A stretch of 64,000 bases of DNA. Source: Lama guanicoe. Lineage: Eukaryota. This document shows, in pieces, positions 13,005-25,900 of this stretch. The translations under genes were made by a program, and so were the position numbers. The stretch lies in contig MU054001.1 of assembly GCA_013239625.1 (NCBI GenBank), forward strand, positions 4,194,167 through 4,258,166, read 5' to 3'. The notes beneath the pieces were generated by a model. The model ran no database searches and was not told where the DNA came from. It saw only the letters and a program-made list of their open reading frames with translations. The first letter of the stretch is position 1. Each line of letters opens with the position of its first letter.

Positions 13005-13065
13005 ATTAAACTCTGGAACAGTTAATTTTAATGTTCCAGAGGTTGGACTTCTGTCAGATAATAAA
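13005..13065 (+). terminator. BRD7: BRD7 proximal polyadenylation signals (ATTAAA 13005-13010, AATAAA 13060-13065)
   Basis: Hexamers 100-160 nt after the stop; GT-rich stretch (ctgtgagctgtgttgtg) after the AATAAA. Confidence 0.65.
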
Positions 13066-14045
13066 GCTGAACCTGGGGCTGTGAGCTGTGTTGTGCATGT
13101 CAGCTAAGTTACCCCTTCACCTTCCTCGGGGGCTGAATCTGAGGATGAAGTGATAGAGGAAAGCTTGGAAAATGAAACAGCCTTTTACATGATGATCCAT
13201 TAAAAGAAGTTCCTCCAGATAATTGAAATCCCTCATTTTCTACATCTGCCATACTTTTCATTAAGGAAATTATAACCAAATGTTTCCTAACTTAACAGAT
13301 TACACCTTGATGATTTATTCAGAAAGTGGCCTTAGGAGGAACATGACTGACCCGTCACCACAGTGGGCAGAAAGTGGGTGGGAGTAGACCTGGCAGAGTT
13401 TTCTCAGAATAAGGACAATGCTCCTTCCTTACGTTTCACAGACAGGACGGTATCTGAGAAACTCCTTAAGCATCCCCATCCAGTGAGATTTTTCCATTGT
13501 TACAGATAAAAATACTTAAAATAACTCTAGAAGTTACTAGTATGTCCCCTACATACCTGTTGGCAGTGATGTCCCCATCTAGGAGGATTAGGTAAGTGAT
13601 TAGGGGCTTTCCGCTACTACCAAAAACAAATACCATCAAAAACAAACAAAAAAACCTACCAGGAGTTTCCTAGCATTAACTTACTTGGTGTTCCTCTTTG
13701 GGTGGTTTTTGCCGTTTGTCAGAGGGTTATTTGGATAACGACAAATAAGATAACAAACTAACGCATTCTTGAATACACAAGGATAAACAAGCTTAAAGGA
13801 AAGTTTACATCTCTGTTTCTCTCTACGCCCCTGCCATGCCCCTAAACTAATTCTCATCTACTTGTTTCTGAAATGTAAAGGCCAAGTGCCTGAACAGGTT
13901 AATTCTTTAAGTAGAATACCATGTTATGTGACTCTCTTTTATAACCAGGCACTAGACTGTAGTCTAGTGTAGTGAACAAATTAAGTTTAAGACCCTGCTC
14001 AGACTGTTGGGAGACCTTCTGTAAAACACACAGGCAGGAAGCCGT

Positions 14046-14051
14046 TTTATT
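14046..14051 (-). terminator. ADCY7: Likely ADCY7 polyadenylation signal AATAAA
   Basis: tttatt on + strand ~2.75 kb after the ADCY7 stop, followed on the - strand by a GT/T-rich element (ctgtgtgtttt); other candidates at 15212-15217 and 13314-13319. Confidence 0.5.
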
Positions 14052-16793
14052 ATTTTCTTGACTTTGAAAACTAACATTTAACAAGTAGGCTGAAGGAAAA
14101 TTGATTCTCTCAAAAGAGTTAAAATGACCTAATCTTCTAAAACCCTACTTGAAATCATATGCCAAGAGAATTAAAGAATCAGTTCAAATAAGTATTTATC
14201 AGGTCTTTTTAGAGTTTGTCTCTCCCGTGTAATACAGGTGGCTAACTAATTCTTAAACTTGATCTACTTAGCTAAGGTAAGTTACCAAAGGCCAAGAAAA
14301 CATTTAAATTCAAAACACTTCAGGCTATTCAGGTTTTCTAAATTGCTAATTTAATCCGTGAAAAGCTAAACAAAGTAGGAATACTGGTACTTTATAAAAA
14401 TGAAATACAACATTTTGAAACAAATGTTACAGATCTATAAATATTCAGTATATAGCATAACCCCTAGTCATTTGTGTGTGCTTTCTCCAAGCATACTTCT
14501 GTACATATTTACAATGCATACAGTGGTTAATGCTCTTTTCTGTTAGGAAATTTTCTTAATAAGCCAACCAGAAAACTTCAGGTGTGACTTTTACTCACGT
14601 CAGTGAGCCCACCTTAGTAGAAACTTGAAGCAAGTCCCTGACCCCTAGAGAAGGTCAGTGTTTGAAAAGATACTTGTCCTGTCATAAAGCAGAATGACAC
14701 CTATGAAGAAATGACTTGGTATTTGGAAAACAGATTTATAAAAAATAACTAAGTGGTTTTTATGGTCAGTTATACACTATGATCTGAACATTAAAAGTTA
14801 AAACCTTAATATTCTTATCCAAACACAGTACTTTCATTGGCAATAAAGAAAAATACATGAGTGGTAACCAGTTATTTTTTAAACTCCCAATTGGGATTTC
14901 CGTTGCTGGAGGAAAAAGGTAATTTGAATATTGCAAGAGTAGAAAGAAGCATGTCCCCCTCAGAGGGGCCCCGCGCACTGACGTGTGTCTCCACGGTACC
15001 AGTGACAGAACCTCCCTGACGCCCCAGGAAGGCCCTGCTGAGCAGCCCTGGTCACTGATGATTTTCAGGGTATAGGTTTCAGTGTAGTACTCACCTGAAA
15101 CCAGCCCTTTACATGAAGAATTGGTGTGTTAAAAAGGCAATTTAAGTAAGGCTTATTTCCTTTACCAGCATTTTTGCCGTAAAATTCCTTTAGGACACCA
15201 AGTTCTTACGATTTATTCATACCTATTCCAGTTTCATACAGTGCACCGCACTGCCACCAGCCCGCCCAGCCCCAAGCCAGACACAGCGCAGGCCGGCAGC
15301 AGCTTCGGCTCCGGTTCCCCCGCCCGTGGCTGGGGCGGCGGCTCACCCCCGGGCCCGCTGTCCCGGGAAGCCTGGCTGCTCAGTCACCTGTCTGCAGCTT
15401 TGTGTAATCTTTCAAAGTCTCATGTTTGCAAGATTTTCTGTATAATTTCAGGGGAGTTCCTGGGTGACTGCTAGCTAAAAATTCAGCTGTATTAGAAATC
15501 CAGGGGACACTGTGGTCATGAGGCAGTGAAGTCAGTTCAGAGAGGGGACTGGGCAGTTTGTTATTCCTTACCTGGAAACACAGGCTGACTTCTTTCGATT
15601 CTTTCCGAGTTGAAGCACTGTTAAGACCCCATCTCACAAACCTAGTTTTTAGCACTTGCCTTGATTCTTTTGGTTCAGAACAAGACCGTCTCAGCATTTG
15701 TGAGAGGGCTGCAGACATGGGAACCTCTGTACATGCTTATGCTGGGTAGCACGCCTTTTAGTTTTAAAGCTCTTCAAAACACTAGCTAGCTCTGAGGACT
15801 GAAGAGAAGGAAGGAAGTACTGCAGGTTGTCCAGGTTCTCTCGCCACAGACCCACGCCTTTCCGATATAAAACTGAGACAGAGCTGAAGATTGCAGGGGG
15901 CGCTTAAAAATGCAGGAGGAGTCAGGGAAGGGCTATGGGCTTATACCTTATTTCCTAGGCTTTTCTGCTTACTGAACCTGACCTCAGAATGCTGGCTTCA
16001 GAGTTGTCTGATTCGAAGCCTAGGCTGTGCAGGCTCCTTGCCTTCCTGCTTTGAGTCACATTCCTCAGAGCTCCATCCCACAGCTGAGCTGATCGCTGAC
16101 GCTCACACTGGACAGTGGTCCCACTTCTGTGCCAGCGGGTACAAAAGCAAAAAACTACTGGAGGGAAGACAATTTGTCTAGCATCCAGGAAGTAATTAAA
16201 AAAGATGATACTGCCATTAATAATGTATCCACTTAAACACATGCCAGAGATGGCAAGAAGTCAGAAGTGTCCCTTGTGGGGTTTTCTCCTTACTGCTTGA
16301 AACCATGTATCGATTTAAAACACCCTTTCAACTGTTTACCAGAATGCCTGTGTGAGAAATGTGGAATCTTGTAGCTGGTCTGCTGGGGAGACGGGAGCCC
16401 CCTAGACTAGAAAGGGTGAGTCTCGCCTGCACAGCGTACAGGCCGCGGCCAGGGGCGTGTGTGCTCTGGGTCGTGCTCTGACGTCTCCCCCACGGCGCTA
16501 AGGGGATGAGGGTCTCGAGCTCACAAGTGAGCCCTCTCCTGCTGTGGTGGAGGACGTATCGCAGAGAGGTTCTGGCTGCCTGTGCAGGGTAAGGCTCGGG
16601 AGCCGCCTCAGGCCACACGTTCTGAGAAATCCTCTCGTGCAAGTCCAAGGAAGCCACGCAGATCCACCAGCCAGGGTGGTGGTGGCCATGCCCTTGGAAT
16701 GCCTTTATGACTGGTGTGGGGCTGCGCCTTCCCCCTGGCTTGCTTCAGGGAAGGAAACCGGCTTCCAGCATGTTCTGCATCCACCAAAAGCCC

Positions 16794-16940
16794 TCAGTTC
16801 AACCCCAACCCTTGAAACTTGGCAGTATCTGTGCAGACAAAGTAAGTCCTCAGTTCACCCTTGCCTTTGACGTTGATGAGTCCGCGGCATTCGCAAGAGT
16901 AACCTAGTCCCTGGAGGATGGTACAAGTCTCTTCCGTAAC
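16794..16940 (-). CDS. ADCY7: ADCY7 coding exon 25 (VTEETC...GLGLN*)
   Basis: ttttcag|GTTACGGAA...AAC TGA; 147 nt. Confidence 0.95.
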   Translation of the reverse strand, partial: VTEETCTILQGLGYSCECRGLINVKGKGELRTYFVCTDTAKFQGLGLN

Positions 16941-19900
16941 CTGAAAAGGAAAAGAAGGCTAAGTCTTCAGAGGCAGGAAGAAAACCTGCCGTGGGAGGGA
17001 CAGACAAAAGTCGGCCGACAGGCAGCACACGTGTCTGGTTTCCCTCAAGAATTTTGTTGCTGGAATCCCACAGCTGACTGACACCGGGTTCCCTCACCTC
17101 TGCGAAGGTCTCTTCCCCTTGGGTACAGGTTTCCCCAGGTGAGTTTTTACCTGGATTTTCCCAAGTTCTCCAGTGCTTTCCATTCGACTGGCGACATTGA
17201 CCGTGTTTCCCCAGATGTCGTACTGAGGTTTCCGTGCCCCAATCACTCCAGCAATCACGGGCCCGTGGTTTATGCCTGAAGATAATGTTTGCAGTTGGCA
17301 GATCATAGAGGCAAACCTCAGGCTTGTAAGGCCACAGAGTCCACCCGGCAACCACAGAAAGCACTGACAGAGCACAACTGAAATGAATGTTGGAACAGTG
17401 CTTCCTGAGCCTGGGACAGGAGATGGTACTTGGATATGAGGAGGGCGAACCCTGACAGTTCTTTCTCAGACTGCTTTACTCGAGGAGAGGCTTGTGTCCA
17501 GTGTTAACACTTTCCTCGTGTCTGCTAACTCTTAGCGAAGAGTGAATAGGCTTTGGGCACTGACCCTTTTAGCTAACTGACTAGTTAGGTTATTGACTTT
17601 GCTTTGTTCTCAGTGTATTTTAAGGTCACCTGCTTACAGCCAGGAATCTGAGCTTTGCATTCTCTGTAGTGATATATTCGTATTTATTTAAGACTTTCAA
17701 AAATAACTTTATAAATAGTATGCAAGGAGCAACCGGGAAATCACTGGGGTTGTAGGGTCAGAGAGAATTCTGCAGCTTATCGTAACTGATAGCAGTGCAC
17801 ACTGGGCTGAGAGTGGGCTTGCCAGGAGGCAGGGGCTGCACAGTCCCACCCGCCTCCCCGGGGCCTCACCAACGCGGAGGCGGAAGGAGTTGAAGGAGTG
17901 CCGGTTGATGCCGTCCAGCTTGCTCATCAGGGCGGTGCTGAACTCCACCATGATGCCGATGTGGGCGTGCTGCCGCTCCAGGTCCTGCGGACAGAGCGCT
18001 GCATGTGGGGCTGGGGCCATCTCACCTGCCTTCTTGCCTCCACCAGGTGTTAGGTGAACACTCCAAAGCCCCCTGAGCTGGTAAGCGCTGTGCCCGAGCC
18101 CGGCCATGAAACCCATGGCGGGGGTAGGGGGGCAGGCATTGATGGGACCCTCTGCAGAGGCTCCAGAACCTGCTCTGCCACTGAAGCTCCCCTCCTGGTG
18201 AGGGGCCACATGCCCCAGACCCTCACCAGAATCCTCCCTCAGGCTTTGTCCTTCTTCCATAGGATGGGGCATGGGGAGGTGCCCCTTTCAGGTAAAAGAC
18301 AGGTCTAGGGCTGGGACGGGAGGCCACCAAGTAGGCGGAGTACCTGGTTCTCGTGCCCTGAGGGGATGCTGAGCCCTGCCGCTGCCATGTACGTGCTGCC
18401 GATGGTCTTGATCTTCTCCACACCGCTGAACTTGGGCTTTAACAGCAGCTGTAGGACGAAGGGAAGCAGGGCCAGGTGACACAGCTGCAGCCGGGGCTGT
18501 CCCAGATGCTGAGAAGGGTTAGGATTCCCTCCCAGCACCACTTCCCGTGCACACATTCCTCATGCTGGGCCCTTCCCAGCTGAGTTCACACCTCCGTCCA
18601 AGTGGGGACACAGCCTCTGGGTTCTCTCTCTGCTCCTCCTCTCATCTCTGTTCCCTGATATTCCCTGTCTCCTCCATCCTCATCTGCTCTTGGTCCTGCT
18701 AAGGAGCAGACACACCACCCAACAGCATCTACACAGGAATGTCAATTATTTGTCTGCAGCTGAGAGTTAAGCCCAAACTGACTTCCTCTGAAACAGGTTG
18801 ATGACACTGGCTTAGCAGGAAATCAGACTGTTCTACAAGGACCGAAATCTAATCTAAGCAAGCTGCCCATCACAGGGAAGATAACAAAATACTTACTGAA
18901 AAAACAAAATTTGTATGTACCTTTTATAGTTTGTGTAATGTGTGTTCCTCCCAAGGGAGCCACACCATGTGTGTTAACTGGGTGCAGGACGCCCCACCCT
19001 CTCCTCCAGCTCAGGGCGGGGGTGGGGGGAGCCCCGCCCGCGCAGGCGGCGGAGGTGGGGGGTTGGGGCGCACCTCATCGAAGTCAGCGATGATCTCATT
19101 CAACAGACGCAGGCACTCCAGCCCTTCGTTGTTGATGTCGCACTCTGTGTAGAACACTTTGAAGTCCGGCACAGACGCAAACATGACACACACGCAGTCA
19201 TAGGACTGATGGTACCAGTCCTGGATTGGGGTGAAAAGAAGTGAGACTCTGCGGCCCCCCCCCCCCGGCCTCGTGTGGGGGCGGGGAAGCAGGCCCTGGA
19301 GACGATTCCGCTCCAGGAGCAGATGTTACTGGCATGGGGAGGGGGTCAGGGGTGGGGGGTGCTAAGCAGTGGTTCCCAGCCTGCCTGTACCTAAGACCCA
19401 CCTAGGGGCTGTTACAGAATAGGTTTTGAATTGGTTGGTCAGGGAGAGTTAAGTTCAGGTTAGTTTTGGGCTCTTAAGTACCCTGGGTCTGTACGGCTGG
19501 GACCCACCCTCCCTGTACCTAAGACCCACCTAGGGGCTGTTACAGAATAGGTTTTGAATTGGTTGGTCAGGGAGAGTTAAGTTCAGGTTAGTTTTGGGCT
19601 CTTAAGTACCCTGGGTCTGTACGGCTGGGGTTGAGAACCCCAGGGCAGTAGAAGGTAGCAGGCAGGAGACCTGGGTTCCATACGCACTGGGCCTGGGTTT
19701 CCACATCTGTAAAGCTCACTGCTACACAAAATTGGTAGAAATGCGTGTTTTCATCAACAGATGGTCCAGATTACAAAGCCCTGGACATTTGCTCCTTGCA
19801 ACAATCCTGCCAGCCAAGCAGTCAGCCCCTTTTTACAGATGTGAAAATCAAGGCCCAGGGCAATGAGGCATCTTGTCCACAATCACACCGGAACCCAGGT

Positions 19901-22900
19901 CTCTGACTCCAAAGCCTGTGTTCTTACAGCGGACACCACCATGGCCTCCTGGGCGCACCGTGGGGCCCAAGAGCCACAGAAAGCAGGTGCAGAAAGCACG
20001 TGGCAGCTGTAACACTTCACTCCACGGGACGCGTCTGTGCCTTCAGGCTCCCTGCCCTAGTGACTGAGCCCCTTCTCGCCCACACCTCATTTAACTTGTC
20101 ACCAATGAAGTGGGCGGCCACGTGGGCTGGCAGGACGTTCTCTAGAAGGAGGCGATTCACGTTCTCCATGGTTTCAAACTCCTCGTGTTCCATCTTGAAC
20201 TTCTTCTTCCACAGACAGTCCAAGCGGCAGTAATAATCAATCTGCGGACAGAGGACAGCATCAGCGTCCTGGCCACAGTGAGTGACGACAGGGCACACTT
20301 GTAACCCTGGGGGTGATGGAGCCAGCCCACCAGCACCCCCACCCTGTGCCCCTGGCAAAGGTCTCCAACTCAGTAGGCACCCCCCAGGGGCCTTAAAACC
20401 CCAGTCACCCATGACTCGAGTGACCCACAAGATTAAATGTCACTCATGCCCGGATGGGAGGTAAGGACACTTACTCAGGACCCCAGACCCAGGGGCCAGA
20501 GCTTCCCTAAAGACTGCTGTCTTGCGTGCTGCTCCAAATCTGAGGCAGCCCCAGCCCCAGCCCCAGCCCGTCCTCTCTCCAAGTAGAGACAAAAGCTAGG
20601 GATGCAGTGGGCATTTCCAGGCTGTACCTGTCTGGAGAGCATGATGAGAGTGGTGTAAAACAGGACCAGGTAGAAATTGATCATTGTCTTCAGATCCCAC
20701 GAACAGGATGGGGGGCTGCTGGATGAAGGGGAAAGGCAGGTGTCGCCTCCAGTTCCCCTCAAAGCCCCCCAAGCACAGGAGGTGGCAGGGGCCCACAGTG
20801 CCAGCCCGCAGGCAAGTGAACAAGAGGGCAGAGATCATGTCCTCATGCTTAGCAAACAAGACGGCTTCAGGTTGTAGAGAAGAGTGTTGTGGGATGGAGG
20901 TTGACAGGGAGATAGGGGAGGCCTCTCTGAGGTGACATCTGAGCTCACACCTGGTGCAAGGAAGAGCCATGGCAAAGTCTGAAGGAAAGTGCTCCAGGCA
21001 GGCGGGGGAGCAGCCAAAGGCAGCCAGAGCTCCTGCAGGTGAGCAGGGCTCGCAGGTCGGCAGGACTCTGCAGGCACAACCTTGTTCTGGGTCCCCAAGC
21101 TTCTGCCTTTTAGTCAAAGGGGAGCCAGGCCCCTCTCAATCCACTTGAGGTCCAAAGTCCCCCGGAACCATGCACACACACCAGACCCTCCCATCTGTCT
21201 GGGAATAGACTATAGACAGCGGCTCTTTCCAGAACTCTGGAGATCCAGGACACAGCTCAAAGCAGGGAGCTGGGCTCGAGCTGAAGCCTTGCCTCCCCCC
21301 CGCTCCCCCAGCGACCAGCCGAGACAGGATGACCCAGGTGGCCTCTGTGGGACCAGGGACATCCCCCTGCAAATGAGTCACACTCAGCTCTGAGTCTTGC
21401 ACTTCCCCTCTGTGAAGTGGAAACCATGCCGCCTGCCAGACCACCCCACAAGGTGTCCAGTCCAGAGGGGACTATGAATGCAAAAGCACCTCAGTTTGAA
21501 ATGACACTGAGACAAAGCAAAACAAAAAGTGCTGCAATTGGCAACAGTCAAGACAGGCAGGGGGACTGGGGTCCCGGCAGTGAGTGACTTGGGCCCCACC
21601 TGAAGGTGCCATTGGTCTTGGTGAGGTTGCTCGGGCTGTGGCCACAGCAGTCCCACTGCCAGCATGGGGAGATGTTGAAGAGCACCAGGTAGGCCACCAG
21701 GGCCACTGTCAACAGCACGACCTTCAGCTCCAGGCTCATCCGCAGGAAGACAGAGCAAGCGATGAAGGCCAGGATGCAGCTGCAGGTGTAATACTGGGAA
21801 GACAGGGATGTTGGTCACCTCACCACCTCCCGTCACCAAGAGGCACCTCCTGGACCAGTGGTCACCAAAGGGAGGGGCACCTTTAGCCATGGGGGAACCT
21901 GGGAAGAGCCAGTGTGTCCTCAGCATCACTCTCTTGCCTTGTTGACCTCCCTTAACAAAGAGCAGGCAACAGAATTTAAAACGTTTTAGTATTGTGTTGT
22001 TTTTACTGTATTCTTATTTCTAATTATGGCAAGAGAGCTCACTTCAAGGGATAAAAATGTACTAAATAAAAGTGCAGGTGGGGTGTGGCTGTGACAAGGT
22101 CAGGGCAGTGGTCTGAGTTCTGCGATGAGTTGGCCCTTCCCAAAGTGCATCTCTGCCCATGTTACTCTCCAGCTCAAGATCATGCTGTGGCTCCCCACTA
22201 CCCGTAGAATAAAGACCAAGTTCTCACACTCCAGTCAGAGCTGGATCAAACCTACTTCTGGCTTCATCCCCAGTTCTCCCCCACCTCCTCCCCATGAAAC
22301 ACCTGAAACCTACTGTGTCCACTAGCTGCCTCAGCTTTTTCTCGCTGTCCCCTCTCCCATCCCCCCATCGCATAACTTTCTGCCCTTTAGAGACCAGCTC
22401 AAATTCACCACCACCACCCTCAAGTCCCACAGCCCTCATCCTGTCCAGGAGGGCGCTCCCACCTGGCTCTAGTGCCTGTGAGGCAAATGCATCAGCCTCT
22501 GTGCACCCGCTTCCCTGTTGATGCCGTGGAGGTCACGACAGGTGTGGTCAGGAGAGAGCCACCAGCAGAGGGTGCTCCCACCCTCTCACCTTCGACCCAG
22601 CATGCCAGCACCTGGATCCCTCAGCCCATGGGCCCTGCTTTCTCGGCCTCCCCTGGGAGAGGCTGGACTCAGCTCTTCCACACCCGTCCACACAGGGGCC
22701 GTCCCAGTGAGGACACACTCACCGGGAGGAGCTCACACAGGGTCCTCTCTCGGCTGCTGGCGGCCCCCTGGCCTGTCTCGTTCCCAGCAGGCAGCACCGG
22801 GACCGGGAAAGGCATCAGTGGCTACAGAAAAGACAGGTCCCCATGAGGGGTTGTCCAGGGGCTCCCGGCTGGGGATCTGGAGGAGCCAGAGGGCAGGGCC

Positions 22901-25900
22901 TGGGCCTCCATGAGCACCGTGGGCATCTCCCGCCAGGCCCAGCTCTAAGCTTAGCACAGAGCCATGGAGCCCCGACTTCCCACCGCAGCCGGCAGCTTCA
23001 ATGCGGAGAGAGGGTATCAAAGGAAGACATGTGGACGCCACCCCCAGAGCCCTGTCCCAGAGGCTGACTCGGCGGGAGAAGCTGGGAGCAATGTTTTCAG
23101 TGAGGTCCCTTCTCCCCAGGTGATGCTGAGGGAGGGGATCACGGAGTCCAGAGTGCAGGGGGCGGGGAGTGCGGGAAAGAGGCACTGACTCCGGATGTCA
23201 GAGCTGGGGGGACGGGCCAAGACAAGTGCCATCTCAGCATGGAGATCTGAGCCCGCCCGAGAAGCAGGCCCCAAGCTCATGCTCATGCTCAGGAAACTGG
23301 GTCTTGGAGAGGCTGGGCCAGGACCTCCTCCCAGGGGGCTGAGAAGAAAGACTGAGATGTTCACGAGGACATTGTGGCAGCTCAAGACAGCTCACCCTAT
23401 GAGCTTGGCCGCACGAGCACTCTAGGGGCGCCAAGTCCTCATGTGACAAATGCAGGGTGAGGAGCCCTGAGCTGCCAGACACTCCACAGGGCCCGCCCAT
23501 GGGGCTCTGGATACGGTCACGCCAGATGCCATTTGTAGGCAACAGGATTATAGGATTCTAGAATCTAGCTCCCAAGGTCAGAGACTGGCTCCCTCCCCCA
23601 GGAAGTGTGCACGGCCCCAAGGGGTCCTTGCCAGGCCTGCCTTCCCAGAACCCACCAGGTTGATGACGGCGATGGTGAGCAGGCTGCCGATGGTCAGGAC
23701 AGCCAGGGACACCCGCAGCAGGGGCTGTGTCTCCACCCTCTCAGAGATGGCTCCGAGCGTCCCCCAGGCCGGGCAGCACCTCTGTGGAATCACAGGGTTG
23801 AGTCAACCAGCACCCGCAGCTGCACCCGCACCCGGAGGTCAGGGAGAGCCTGCTGGAGGCCTGGCCAGGGCGCCCCCATCCCAAGGGCCCTGAGGGCGTG
23901 AGAGCTTCTGAGACCTCCGCTGGGGAGAGTCAGGTGGTGGTGTGTCCCCAGCCTGGAGCTCAGGACACATGTGGAGTGCAGACAGAAGGGACATCCCCAC
24001 CCCTGGGGCCAGGGACAGCCAGAGCCGCTTGGGGACCACTAGCACCTAGGAAAGAGACTCCTAGGAGAAGCCTCTGAGCACTCAGCAGATTATCCTGGAG
24101 GCGAGAGGGGCAGAGCTCACAGGGAGGGGTGGGGGGCTGGGGGACCCCAAGGTGGGGGCAGGGGCAGTGGGGCCAGGCTCCCACCACACAGCCTGGCACC
24201 CGGTCAGGGGCCTCCCCACTCACCAAGAATTTATCCGCAAAGCACAAGCCTAGCACCAGCCCCAGCACGCAGGCCACCAGCCCAAAGGACACACCCAGAG
24301 CTGCCACCCTGGAGGGGACGGAGAAACACAAGTTCTGGGGGACCCTCTGCCCAGGGCCAAGCCTCAGGCAAGCTCCCCATCCCCACCACCTCAATTCACC
24401 TTCTGCCCCCTCGAAACAGCTACCTATACTCAGCCAAAGGGGAGCCTCTGAACACCATGGTCCAGCTGCCCCACCCACAACACACGAAGCCTGGCCAAGA
24501 CTCCAAGACCAAGGTCAACATCACACCCCCCTTTCCGGGCCAAGTATATAAGAAATGGGTGACTGTACAGCCTTTAGGCTCCTGTCTGGCACATAAGTAC
24601 CATCTGAAAGTGTTTCCTGTTTTGTCTTTATTAAGCACATCCTAAACCACAATCCTAGTGGACCCTCTGGCTTAACCACCCTTCCAGAAGCCATCAAGTA
24701 GCTGACCTTACTCCCTCCCTGCGACCTCAGCCCCCTGTCCCTGCCCCTGCCCCTACCAACAGAGCCTTTGGCAGAAGCAGGAAACGGCAGCTCCTGTGTC
24801 CTGGCCCCACACCCTGAATAAGGCATTAACCCCTGTGAGCCTCAATTTCTCACATCTAAGAAAAAGATGGTGATGGCTATGGTTCTGGGGAGCTGGACCT
24901 TCTAAGGCCCTAAACACCTAAGGTAAGGCAAGGGTCACAAACTTAAGTGCCCACAGGGCCACACAGATAACAGGTGACTTTGAAGGTGAGAGGCATCTGG
25001 GAGTGGGGAGGCCTGCAGCATGCCATTCAATTAAAACAAACAAACCAAAAACACCCAACCAGGTTCGTGGGGCTCGAAGGTATAAAGTTACTAGAGTTAC
25101 TAACTCTAACAGCAGCCCTGTCCCGCCAGTCACAAAGCCCCCTGCAGGTTTTCTAGCAGGTTCTGCAAGGTCACCACCCCTCCTAGCCTGACCCCAGTGG
25201 GCTTGACCACCGGCCCACCCCGCCACTGACCTGGGCATCAGCAGGACGTGGACGAGCAGGATGCAGATGAAGACAAGGCTGGCACAAGCGAAGTAGTAGC
25301 GAGCCCGGGGGATGGGCGCCAGGCGGTACTGGGGGCAACAGACACTGTGAGGGGTGGCTGGGCCGCTGAGGCCCCACCCGCAGGGCCACTTGCTCTGACC
25401 CCTTCTCGGGCTCCACCCTGGCTCCAGTTAATCATATCACAAAAAAAAAAAAAACTTACACGCCCTCCTTGACTTCCAGGGGACAATGTTACATTATCAT
25501 GAACAAAAAATTTTCATTTGTTTCCATTTTACAGTTTCTGGTTTATAGTTAGAGGGGATACCTTCCCCTCCCCTACTCCGCTCAGATCTCTGCCTTTATT
25601 TCCAAGGTCCCTGAAAAGCCCGTGTCTCAAGTCCATGGACAAGAGCCAAACGTGAGCTCTGGGGCTGCTGCAACTGGGGTTAGTGGTGGGTCTGTTCTCA
25701 TCCCGAACCAAGGAGCAGGGCCAGGCCTGAGCCCCGAGCTGCCGAGTGGGGGACCCTGTGCTGCCCGGCCCTCCACTCCAGGCACCATCTCAAGATCTCA
25801 CCCCACAGGGCTCCTGCCGCAGATGAGCAAACTGAGGCTCAGGGAGCCCAGGCCACACAGCCAGTGGAAGGCCTGCCAGGTGGCTCTGCTGTTCACCGCA

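Noticed and set aside
19384..19629. Repeat-spacer-repeat layout as a possible CRISPR-like array
   Set aside because: Only two 118-bp units with a 10-bp spacer in a mammalian intron, and no cas genes.
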